64,000 bases of DNA from Polyangiaceae bacterium (GTDB lineage: Bacteria; Myxococcota_A; Polyangia; Polyangiales; Polyangiaceae). The stretch spans positions 1 through 64,000 of the forward strand of contig JBILLK010000034.1 in the NCBI GenBank assembly GCA_044376115.1. Direction: 5' to 3'. Positions within the stretch are counted from its first letter, which is position 1. The number at the start of each line of letters is the position of its first letter. The notes beneath the pieces are model-generated. The model ran no database searches. It was not told where the DNA came from and saw nothing but the letters and a program-made list of their open reading frames with translations. Positions 45,683-53,941 of the stretch are shown piece by piece. Both the position numbers and the translations under genes were made by a program.

Positions 45683-47533
45683 TCAGAAGCCGGGATCGGG
45701 GGTCTTTTTCAACGGCTTGCCGGACAAGGGTTTCCCCACCTTGGCCGAGGGTGCAGCGCTCGGTTCGGCGGTGGCTTTCACTTGGGCCGAGGTTTGCGGC
45801 TCTGGTTCGGCGACCGATGGAGACGTGGTGGCGGAAGCCGCATCCGGGGCCGCAGTGCTGGGCGCGGAGAGCGTCGCCGCCGCGGTCTCGGTGTTCTCGC
45901 TTTTCACCGTGGCCGCGGCTTCGGGAGGGGGGACGGGGCTTGCTGCCGGTGCTGCGGGCTCGGACGCACGAAGGGTCAAGGCGGCGTACGTTCCTACGCC
46001 CAAACTGCCGGCCACCAGCGCGGCGATCGCCAGCCAGGCTGCACCACTTCGCTTCTGTACCCGCACCGGCCCAACGGCCCCCGCGAACGTTGGCTGCGAG
46101 ACCGAGCCGCCGGGCATTGCGTTTGGCTGCGACGCGAAGTTGGGTTGTGAGCCGAAGTTGGGTTGTGAGCCGAAGTTGGGTTGTGAGCCGAAGTTGGGTT
46201 GTGAGGGCTGCGCGGCGAAGTTCGGCTGTGAGGGCTGCGCGGCGAAGCCGGGCGATGACGCGAAACCCGGCTGCGAGGGCTGCGAAGCGAAGCCCGGTTG
46301 CGAGAAGCTAGGCTGCGAAGGGAAGCCCGGCTGTGAGGGCTGTGAAGCGAAACCTGGTTGCGAAGCGAGGCCGGGATGCGAGGGCTGCGACGAAAAGCCA
46401 GGCTGCGACGAAAAACCCGGTATCGCCGGGAAGCGCGCACCTGGGCCATGGGGCATCGGCGAGATCACCGCGGTGCCGTTTTCGAGCGACATCTCCCGCA
46501 AGTTGACGGGCTGCTGATTGAGCGAGACCGAAAGCAGATCTGCGTCGGAGAGGATCGCCACGGTTTGGGCCTCACCGCCGTCCGGCTCGGAGTCACGAGG
46601 CGCAGCGACGTCGCCGAGTCGCGAACGGCGCAGCGCCGCTTCGCCGCGCCGACCGGGTTGGCGCACCGCAGCTTCGGTTGGCTGCGCGAAGGCCGCTAGC
46701 GCATCCGCCATCTCGTCGGCCGATTGATAACGGTTCTCGCGCTCGGGGGCGCAGGCCTTCTTGATGATGGCGCAAAAGGACTCCGGTAGATCTGGCACCA
46801 AACTCCGCGGATCTGGGAAGGGCTCGTACGCGACCTTGAACAAGAGCTCGGCGAAGTTGGCGCCTTTGCGAGGCACCTGGCCGGTCACGGCCTCGAACAG
46901 GATCACGCCAACGCCGTACAGATCGCTTGTCGCGTTGACTGCGTGTGACGCGCGCAGGTGCTCCGGACTCATGTAGTTGGGCGAGCCAAGCACCGTCCCG
47001 GTCTTGGTTTGCGCGCCCTCACTCTCGCTGAACTTGGAGATGCCGAAATCCAAGATCTTGACGAAGTCGACGAAGCCGCGATGCACTCGCGAAAGAAAGA
47101 TGTTGTCCGGCTTGAGGTCGCGGTGAACGACGCCTGCTTCGTGTGCGGCTGCGAGCCCCTCCAGCAGTTGCAACACCAGGCCCGAGATCTCGGGCACCGA
47201 CATACGCTTCTGCCGCGCCAGGCGCGCGCGCAGGCTCTCGCCGTCGAGATACTCCATCACGATGTAGCGTTCGCCCGCGGGCGTCATACCAAGGTCGAAC
47301 ACCTCGACGATATGCTCGTTGCCAATTTTTCCAGCGGCGCGCGCTTCTTTGTCAAAGCGGTCGGCCATCTCGGCGACCGCACTCGCGGCGGCGTGCAGCA
47401 GTTTGATCGCCACCACCTTCTCGACGCGTAGGTGCTCGCCAGCGTACACGGCTCCCATCCCGCCTTCTCCGAGCTTGCGCAGGATGCGGTACTTCCCGTC
47501 GAGGATCTCGCCCACTCTGGGCGCGGAGGCCAT
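45683..47533 (-). CDS. Membrane Ser/Thr protein kinase with SQP(G/N)F-repeat linker
   Basis: GEGGMG, HRDLKPDN, DFG, GSPNYMSPE; TM; ends PDPGF. Confidence 0.92.
   Translation of the reverse strand: MASAPRVGEILDGKYRILRKLGEGGMGAVYAGEHLRVEKVVAIKLLHAAASAVAEMADRFDKEARAAGKIGNEHIVEVFDLGMTPAGERYIVMEYLDGESLRARLARQKRMSVPEISGLVLQLLEGLAAAHEAGVVHRDLKPDNIFLSRVHRGFVDFVKILDFGISKFSESEGAQTKTGTVLGSPNYMSPEHLRASHAVNATSDLYGVGVILFEAVTGQVPRKGANFAELLFKVAYEPFPDPRSLVPDLPESFCAIIKKACAPERENRYQSADEMADALAAFAQPTEAAVRQPGRRGEAALRRSRLGDVAAPRDSEPDGGEAQTVAILSDADLLSVSLNQQPVNLREMSLENGTAVISPMPHGPGARFPAIPGFSSQPGFSSQPSHPGLASQPGFASQPSQPGFPSQPSFSQPGFASQPSQPGFASSPGFAAQPSQPNFAAQPSQPNFGSQPNFGSQPNFGSQPNFASQPNAMPGGSVSQPTFAGAVGPVRVQKRSGAAWLAIAALVAGSLGVGTYAALTLRASEPAAPAASPVPPPEAAATVKSENTETAAATLSAPSTAAPDAASATTSPSVAEPEPQTSAQVKATAEPSAAPSAKVGKPLSGKPLKKTPDPGF
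46126..46420 (-). repeat. Intragenic tandem repeats encoding SQPNFG/SQPGFA
   Basis: Four near-perfect 18-bp units CGAAGTTGGGTTGTGAGC at 46135-46206, then degenerate units. Confidence 0.85.
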
Positions 47534-47668
47534 CGCTCCACGGTAGCAGCGAACGCGGGCGATGTCTCTTTCCCGAGAAACGGGAGCGGGTTTGATTGCC
47601 TACCTTTACGCAGTCCGCGGGACAGAAAAAACGCTTACGGGCCTTCAGCTTCGCTACGCTCCGCTGCG

Positions 47669-48694
47669 ATGGATGCCCGTCGGCCAATCGTCATCGCCCT
47701 CGCGGCTTTCGCCGTTACTTTCGCGCCGGCTGGATACGCGTGGGCGCAGCCCAAGCCCAAGGCCTCGGCCGAGCCCGCCTCCGCGAAGGACCAAGCGCGC
47801 GTGCTCTTCGAGAAGGGCACCACCGCGCTCGGCGATAAGGACTTCAAGACAGCTGCACAGCTGTTGAGCGAAGCCGAGGGGTTGTTCCACGCGCCCACGA
47901 CACTTTTTTACCTTGGCACCGCGCAAATGGAGCTTGGGCTCCTGCTCGAGGCGCAGGCAAGCTTCAAGCGCGTCGCCGAGGAGAAGCTCAGCCCCAAGGC
48001 CAGTGACGCCTTCAAAAAGGCCCAGTCCGAGTCGAAGAAGGCGCTCATCGATCTGGATGCACGCATCCCGAGCGTACTCGTCACCGTCGAGCCCGCGGGC
48101 AGCCAAGGCGTCACCGTAACGATGAACGGCAAACCGCTCGAGGGCGTCGTGCTCGGGGAAAAGAGCCGCATCAACCCGGGGAGCTATCAATTCGAAGCCA
48201 AGGCGGAGGGCCTGATCAGTGCCAAGCTCACGGTGGCCGCGGCCGAACGGACCACCGCTGACGTACGGCTCGTCCTGCAGCCCGTCGACAAACCGCAGGT
48301 TGAACAAGCGGTGATCGTGCAACCGGTTGGCGATGAGTGGCCGGCCGGCCGGGTCGCCTCGATCCCGATCATGATCACCGGCGGTGCTCTCGCTGTCGCG
48401 GGAGGCGTGCTGTTCGGCTTGTCGGCGATGAAGCGTTCAGAGGCGGATGACCGCTATGATCAATGCCCCACGTGTGAGGCTGAGGTGACGTCGCTCGATG
48501 ATCAAGCGACGCTGTTCGGCAATCTCGGTATTGGCTTTGCGGCAGTGGGCGGAGCGGCCGTGCTCTCCGGCGCGCTGATGTTCGCGCTCTTGGGGGAGAG
48601 TGGTGCTGAGGCGCCAGCAGCTGGCGACGTCTCCTTCCTGCTGGGCGTGCCGCAGGCGAACGTTGGCGCAAGCCTGCGCATCCAGCTGCAATAG
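47669..48694 (+). CDS. TPR + PEGA-like exported protein
   Basis: Signal ending AWA-Q; ARVLFEKG, HAPTTLFYLG, INPGSYQFEAKA; divergent from the kinase. Confidence 0.8.
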   Translation: MDARRPIVIALAAFAVTFAPAGYAWAQPKPKASAEPASAKDQARVLFEKGTTALGDKDFKTAAQLLSEAEGLFHAPTTLFYLGTAQMELGLLLEAQASFKRVAEEKLSPKASDAFKKAQSESKKALIDLDARIPSVLVTVEPAGSQGVTVTMNGKPLEGVVLGEKSRINPGSYQFEAKAEGLISAKLTVAAAERTTADVRLVLQPVDKPQVEQAVIVQPVGDEWPAGRVASIPIMITGGALAVAGGVLFGLSAMKRSEADDRYDQCPTCEAEVTSLDDQATLFGNLGIGFAAVGGAAVLSGALMFALLGESGAEAPAAGDVSFLLGVPQANVGASLRIQLQ

Positions 48695-48736
48695 CGCTCC
48701 GTGAACGCCCATCGTCACAACCGCACCCAAGCTCGT

Positions 48737-49369
48737 ATGCGGTTCGGTCTGTTCGCCTGCCTCTTCGCTCTCGGTTGTGCCGCCACGCAGGAGGGCGCGG
48801 TCGATCCCGGCGTTCGCTTCGTCCCGCTGGCCAAAGACGCAAGCGGCCCAACGGCGAGCGTCTCGAGCGCGAGCACTCCGGTCGTAAGCGCTGCGGCCTC
48901 GGCCCCTTCCTTCGCTGCGGGTGCGGCTGCAGCTCCCAGCGCTACCCTTGGGACAAGCGCGGTTGCGCCCCCTCCGGCGGTCGCGCTCGCGTCCACCAGC
49001 CCAGGTTCTGTCGCGCCGCTCGCTGGGCCCACCGCCGAGGATGAGGAAGAAGGCGGCCCTATCGACTTTGAAGAGAGCGGTAGCCTTTCATTGGCCCAAC
49101 GCGCGGTGCTGAAGGTCGTTGGGCGCTGCTTTGTGCGCGCGCTCGAGCGTGGTGATGAGTCAAACGGCGCGCTCTGGGTGCAGCTCTCGGTGGCCGCTGA
49201 CGGTCGCGTGGAGTCGGCCCTGCTCGCGGACGGATTTTCTCCCTACGTCAAAACCTGCGCCTCAGCAAAGCTCAAGGCGCTCTCCTTCCCGGAGAGCCCC
49301 GAGGAGCTACGTACCTATCGCTTTCCGATCAATGAAATAGCAACAGAGTCACGTGAGCCTGAGAATTGA
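48737..49369 (+). CDS. Lipoprotein with C-terminal AgmX/PglI/TonB-C-like domain
   Basis: Lipobox ALGC; GRCFVRAL...GALWVQLSVAADGRV...CASAKLKALSFP. Confidence 0.65.
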   Translation: MRFGLFACLFALGCAATQEGAVDPGVRFVPLAKDASGPTASVSSASTPVVSAAASAPSFAAGAAAAPSATLGTSAVAPPPAVALASTSPGSVAPLAGPTAEDEEEGGPIDFEESGSLSLAQRAVLKVVGRCFVRALERGDESNGALWVQLSVAADGRVESALLADGFSPYVKTCASAKLKALSFPESPEELRTYRFPINEIATESREPEN

Positions 49370-49372
49370 GCC

Positions 49373-50164
49373 TCATGCGGCGGAGTTCTCGGCGTCCAGG
49401 CTGAGGCGGACCTCGGCGGTCGGAACGCCCATCGGGCCAAAGCTCCTCTCGATCATGAAGCCGCCGCGTTGCCCCACCGCGGCCAGCGTGCTCGCTCGGG
49501 TACCGTATTGAGCCCCAAGCACGAACGCAGCCGAGAGCCGCCGCTCGAGCTCCAAAGGCACGCCGGTGGCCGGGAGTTCACCGTCGGGCGCTAACGCTGT
49601 ATTGGCGAGCCAATCGAGGAAGCCTGGTTCGGGCGCTCGAGCGGCCTGCGCGGCAGCCGCCATCTGCTGCTCAAGCCGCTGCACTTTGGGCCACTGCTCG
49701 CCGAGCCGCCCGTTGGATAACGTCCAAATGCCCGGCGTTAGGCGATGCGCTGTAACGCTGCCAACGCCCACTCCCCCGGCGCTATCACGAATATAGTAGG
49801 CAGAGGTCGGATCCCCGACCAACAGGTTGAAAGAAGCATATTGCTCAGCACTACCTGCGACGTTTTGCGCATAGTCAGCCGCCGTGGCTTGCCCGCGAAG
49901 ATAATCCGCTACGAGCGCCCCGCGGGAGGCGCCCTCTTTGCGTGCTTCGGGGTGTCGTAAGTTCGTAACAGCGGCAAACCGACCCGAGCCGGTGAGCCCC
50001 AGCCAGCCTCCGCCTCGTTCCAGATCACGACCGCCAAACACCAACGGTTGATCGCTCCAGCGAGCAAGGGGTGAAGTAGGCCGGGCAAAGAACTCGTCGC
50101 GATTGCCCAGTAAGACGATTGGAAAGTCGGCAAAGATGCCAAAAGCAAGGCTAATTAGGCACAT
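49373..50164 (-). CDS. NRDE/TANGO2 family protein
   Basis: MCLI N-terminus, NRDEFFARPT, GRDLERGGGWLG, SRGALV, YGTRAST. Confidence 0.92.
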   Translation of the reverse strand: MCLISLAFGIFADFPIVLLGNRDEFFARPTSPLARWSDQPLVFGGRDLERGGGWLGLTGSGRFAAVTNLRHPEARKEGASRGALVADYLRGQATAADYAQNVAGSAEQYASFNLLVGDPTSAYYIRDSAGGVGVGSVTAHRLTPGIWTLSNGRLGEQWPKVQRLEQQMAAAAQAARAPEPGFLDWLANTALAPDGELPATGVPLELERRLSAAFVLGAQYGTRASTLAAVGQRGGFMIERSFGPMGVPTAEVRLSLDAENSAA

Positions 50165-51265
50165 TTAGAGATCGAAGTACTCGTTGACTCCCTCGATGTT
50201 CACGTCAATCCCAAACAGCCTGCCTTGCTCGCGGTCGGCTACGTACAGCACGTGCTTGGCGAAGCCGCCCACTCCACGGCCCCACTTGACGTTCGGTATC
50301 CAGTTCGACGGCAGGTCGGCGATCTTGGTGACCGCCCCCCCCGCCGTAATGCGGTAGACATAGCCGGTTTCGAACTCTGCGGCGTAAACATTGCCACATT
50401 GGTCGACCCCCATCCCGTCGATGCCTCCGCTCTCGAAGGCCGCCGGGGGAACAAACACCGACCATGTTCCTGGTTGTCCGGGCGTTGGCTGGAGCACCTT
50501 GTAAATGAGCCCTTCGTTGTAGCTACCCACGTAAAATACCGTCGGGTCTTCAGTGAAGGCGATGCCGTTGGGGTGCGTTACTTCAACCACGACGGTGGAT
50601 ACGCCGGTATCTGGGTGGACCCTCAGTACGCGGCCCCCGTTGTCTTCAGCGACATAGATGAACCCGTCTGGACCCACGTCGATGCCGTTGGGGTACTCGA
50701 GGCCTCCGAGCAATACGTTCATCGATCCATCAGCGTATGCCCGTAGCAAAGCGCTATTCTCAACGTCGCACACCACCACCGAGTCGTCGGGCAGGGCGAC
50801 CATCCCCGCTGGCTCATTGGCGAAGCTCGCTATCCAAAGGGAGACCTCGCCGGTCTTCTTCCTCCGTACGAGGTTGCCGTCGTCGTCGACGCTTACGTGG
50901 TTACCCAGTGAGTCAAAGGCGAAGTCTTCCGCAGCGCCGAAGCCAGGCTGGCTCTCATACGCGACAGGAGCGGGAGGCAACATCGAGCACTCCACCGGGC
51001 CGCTGCCGCCAAGGCTGCTTGCACCGTCTCCACCGCTGCCACCGAGCCCCCCGGTGCCGCCAAGCCCGCCGCTGCCGCCGCTAGGCACGCCACCGGAGCC
51101 TCCAGCGCCGCCTCCACCATCGGCCGCAACTCCGCCTCCTCCCTCCGAGCTACCTCCCTTGGGATCTCGATCGGCCCCGCGTCGCGTCCTCGACGTGCAT
51201 GCGAGCGCGCAGACGCAGCTCAGGAGAGCAACGGAGACCCAGCTACGGCAAAGTAAGGGAGTCAC
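50165..51265 (-). CDS. SMP-30/gluconolactonase/LRE family lipoprotein
   Basis: Lipobox ALAC, Gly linker; AEDFAFD, YPNGI, HPNGIAF, IDGMGVDQCGNVY. Confidence 0.8.
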   Translation of the reverse strand: MTPLLCRSWVSVALLSCVCALACTSRTRRGADRDPKGGSSEGGGGVAADGGGGAGGSGGVPSGGSGGLGGTGGLGGSGGDGASSLGGSGPVECSMLPPAPVAYESQPGFGAAEDFAFDSLGNHVSVDDDGNLVRRKKTGEVSLWIASFANEPAGMVALPDDSVVVCDVENSALLRAYADGSMNVLLGGLEYPNGIDVGPDGFIYVAEDNGGRVLRVHPDTGVSTVVVEVTHPNGIAFTEDPTVFYVGSYNEGLIYKVLQPTPGQPGTWSVFVPPAAFESGGIDGMGVDQCGNVYAAEFETGYVYRITAGGAVTKIADLPSNWIPNVKWGRGVGGFAKHVLYVADREQGRLFGIDVNIEGVNEYFDL

Positions 51266-51373
51266 AAGAGCCTTTCACCCGGTCGTGCTACCGGGAATGG
51301 TAGTGTCGAGGGTACGGCCTCTCCCGCGCGTTCTCAAGCACGCGCCTTCTCGACTCCACGCCTTCGCAAAACC

Positions 51374-52660
51374 ATGAAGCTGCGCAACTTCGGCCAAACT
51401 TGGAGCTTCTCACCCAGGGAATGGCTCTTCCCCCGCAGCGAGCGTGAGATCGCTGATGCGGTCTGTGCGGCGCGCAAAGTCCGCGTGGTGGGCTCTGCTC
51501 ACTCCTGGTCGCGCGGCGTCATCACAGACCATACCTTGCTCTCGCTCGATCGTATGAATCGCATCGTGCACGTCGATCGAGCGGCGCTCCGAGTGACGGT
51601 ACAGGCTGGTATCAAGCTCAAGCAGCTGATCGCGCAGTTGGCCAAGCTTGGGCTCGCGCTCTCCAACCTGGGCTCGATCGCCGATCAATCGCTAGCGGGG
51701 GCTATCGCGACGGGGACCCACGGCTCTGGCAGAAACTTCCGTTGCCTCGCCGACCAAGTGGAGGCCTTTCGGCTGATCGACGGGGAGGGGCGGGAGCGCC
51801 GTTTCACGCGCGGGCAGGGGGACTTCGACGCTGCCTTGGTGGGGCTAGGCTGTTTCGGCGTCGTCTACCAAGTAACGCTCGCGGTGGTGCCTTGTTTTCA
51901 GCTGCATGCGATCACCGACATGGCGCCTTACGAGCACGTCGTCGATTGCCTGGATACATACGTAAAAAGCTATGACCATTTCAAGTTCTGGTGGCTCGTC
52001 CCAACCGACAAGGTGATCCTCTTTCAGAACAACCGCACAGAGCGACCGCGCAATGACTCCACGCTCAAGCGCTGGTTCAAGGACGAGTTGCTAGCGGTGC
52101 TCGTTTATCGCTCGCTGGTGAAGCTACAGGGGCTGGATCGAGAGCGGCTCGTCCCTTTGGTCAATGAGCAACTTGGGGAACAGGTCGGCAAACGCTTTGA
52201 TCGCGTGTGCCAAAGTCATATTGGCTTTCTCACGCCTTCGCCTCCGGTGCATCGCGAGACTGAATGGGCTTTTGACTGCGCGGACGCCAAGCCGCTCTTG
52301 CGAGCCTATCGGAAGCTGCTCGTGCAGAGTGGTTTTAGTTATAATTTTATCCAGGAGATTCGCTTCACCAAGGCGGACCCGTATTGGCTGAGCCCCGCCT
52401 ATCAACGTGATTCAATCTGGCTATCCATGTACAACATGGATGAAGATCATCGCTGGCAACAGCAGCTGCGTCTCTTCGAGCAGTTTGCCCGAGAGCACGG
52501 CGGCAGACCCCATTGGGGCAAAGAGGCCTCCTTCGATCGGACTTACTCGCTCTCGCAGTGGCCTCAGCTACCAGCGTTCAGTGCGCTTGCGCGGAGCTAT
52601 GATCCCAAGGCACGCTTCGTCAATGAATGGGCTGCACAGGCCCTCGGCCTCGCGGGTTGA
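51374..52660 (+). CDS. FAD-linked aldonolactone oxidase (L-gulonolactone/D-arabinono-1,4-lactone oxidase family)
   Basis: RVVGSAHSWS, GAIATGTHGSG, GLGCFGVV, EIRF, WLSPAY, GGRPHWGK. Confidence 0.88.
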   Translation: MKLRNFGQTWSFSPREWLFPRSEREIADAVCAARKVRVVGSAHSWSRGVITDHTLLSLDRMNRIVHVDRAALRVTVQAGIKLKQLIAQLAKLGLALSNLGSIADQSLAGAIATGTHGSGRNFRCLADQVEAFRLIDGEGRERRFTRGQGDFDAALVGLGCFGVVYQVTLAVVPCFQLHAITDMAPYEHVVDCLDTYVKSYDHFKFWWLVPTDKVILFQNNRTERPRNDSTLKRWFKDELLAVLVYRSLVKLQGLDRERLVPLVNEQLGEQVGKRFDRVCQSHIGFLTPSPPVHRETEWAFDCADAKPLLRAYRKLLVQSGFSYNFIQEIRFTKADPYWLSPAYQRDSIWLSMYNMDEDHRWQQQLRLFEQFAREHGGRPHWGKEASFDRTYSLSQWPQLPAFSALARSYDPKARFVNEWAAQALGLAG

Positions 52661-52700
52661 GGCGCTGGCCAAGCCGCTCTGCCGATGAGAGACTGGGTCG

Positions 52701-53291
52701 ATGAAGTCCCTCTTCCTTGCGCTCTTCGGCTTGGCGACCGTCGCCTGTGACACCAGCGTAACCGACAGTGACGGGGAGGGCGGAGCTGGCGGTGAAGCGG
52801 GCGCTGGCGGCTCTGGAGGCTCATCGAGCTGCGCGGTTCCAGCAGGCCCGCCGGTGTTTGCCTTGGGCACGGGCGAGCAGTGTTTCGAGCCGATCGTCGC
52901 CGGGCAGTCCCTGAAGCTATTGGCTGGTCCGCAGGGCGGCTACCACGTATGGCTGGCAGTCGGCTGTTCGGACTGTGGGCCTTCGCTCTCGCTCGAGTGG
53001 TTGGCCGAGGACCCAGCGACCAACGAGCTGCTGGAGGGGGCCTTCTTCAGTCAACAGGTCGTCGATCTGAGCGGTGAGTGGCCTTCTGCGGCCGGCCTCG
53101 TCGTGGGCATGCCGGGCTCACAATATGATGAACAATCGCCTCCCTTACCTGTCGGTACTCGCTTCCAAATCCACGTTAAGACGCTGTCGCAGCCGGTCCA
53201 TGTAGCAGTGGTCGAGGTCGAGGTCGGCGAAATTGAGCCATGGAACCCCTGCGCCGAGGACCCGAATCACCCGCTGTGCGGCTTCGGCTGA
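52701..53291 (+). CDS. Hypothetical lipoprotein
   Basis: Lipobox TVAC; Gly linker; LGTGE...GPQGGYHVW motif. Confidence 0.75.
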   Translation: MKSLFLALFGLATVACDTSVTDSDGEGGAGGEAGAGGSGGSSSCAVPAGPPVFALGTGEQCFEPIVAGQSLKLLAGPQGGYHVWLAVGCSDCGPSLSLEWLAEDPATNELLEGAFFSQQVVDLSGEWPSAAGLVVGMPGSQYDEQSPPLPVGTRFQIHVKTLSQPVHVAVVEVEVGEIEPWNPCAEDPNHPLCGFG

Positions 53292-53383
53292 CCGCTCCTC
53301 GGGCCTGAACCAAGGTCGACTTCCAGCGTGGCGGATGCTTGATCCGTAAGGAACTTCGCGCTGGACGGTTTAGGATGCGCGCC

Positions 53384-53941
53384 ATGTCAGCCGACCCGAC
53401 GGGCGTCCCCGAACAAGGGCCCAAGAAGTTCGAAGACCTGCCTGCTGCTCAGCAGGACGTCGTGATGCGCGCTATCGAGGCTCAGCAGCATCGCCCCGGT
53501 GCGCTGCTACCAATTCTTCACGCCGTGCAGTCCGCCTTGGGCTGGGTACCACCGGCTGCCGTCGCTCCGATCGCACGTGCGCTCAACCAATCCCGCGCCG
53601 AGGTTCAGGGCGTATTGTCGTTCTATCACGACTTTCGCAGCGCCCCGCCCGGACGACAGATCATCAAAATCTGTCGGGCCGAAGCCTGTCAAGCAATGGG
53701 TGCCGACGATCTCGTGGCCCACGCCAAACGCCGGCTCGCGATTGATTTCGGCGAAACGCGAGCCGACGGCGCGGTCACGTTGGAGCCTGTGTACTGTCTC
53801 GGGAACTGCGCCTGCGCTCCGGCGATCATGGTGGACGGCGTGCTCTACGGGCGCGTAAGTCGTGACCGCTTCGACCAACTTTCGAGCGGCTGCGAGGCGC
53901 AGTCGGCTCGCGAGCAGGCACGGTCGGAGAGCCCCTCATGA
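53384..53941 (+). CDS. fdsG: NAD-dependent formate dehydrogenase gamma subunit (NuoE-like, 2Fe-2S)
   Basis: GALLPILH, SFYHDF, CRAEACQ, VYCLGNC. Confidence 0.92.
   Translation: MSADPTGVPEQGPKKFEDLPAAQQDVVMRAIEAQQHRPGALLPILHAVQSALGWVPPAAVAPIARALNQSRAEVQGVLSFYHDFRSAPPGRQIIKICRAEACQAMGADDLVAHAKRRLAIDFGETRADGAVTLEPVYCLGNCACAPAIMVDGVLYGRVSRDRFDQLSSGCEAQSAREQARSESPS

Noticed and set aside
46126..46420. Possible CRISPR array
   Set aside because: Contiguous 18-bp in-frame coding repeats with no unique spacers and no cas genes
45678..46517. Plus-strand 279-aa ORF with GCEPKL/GCEGC repeats resembling a metallothionein
   Set aside because: Antisense shadow of the kinase SQP repeats
53300..53366. Moco/Wco riboswitch upstream of fdsG
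   Set aside because: Nested stems exist (TCCAGCGTG...CGCGCTGGA) but I cannot see the conserved Moco-motif features, and the likely -10 box lies downstream; a covariance-model search would settle it
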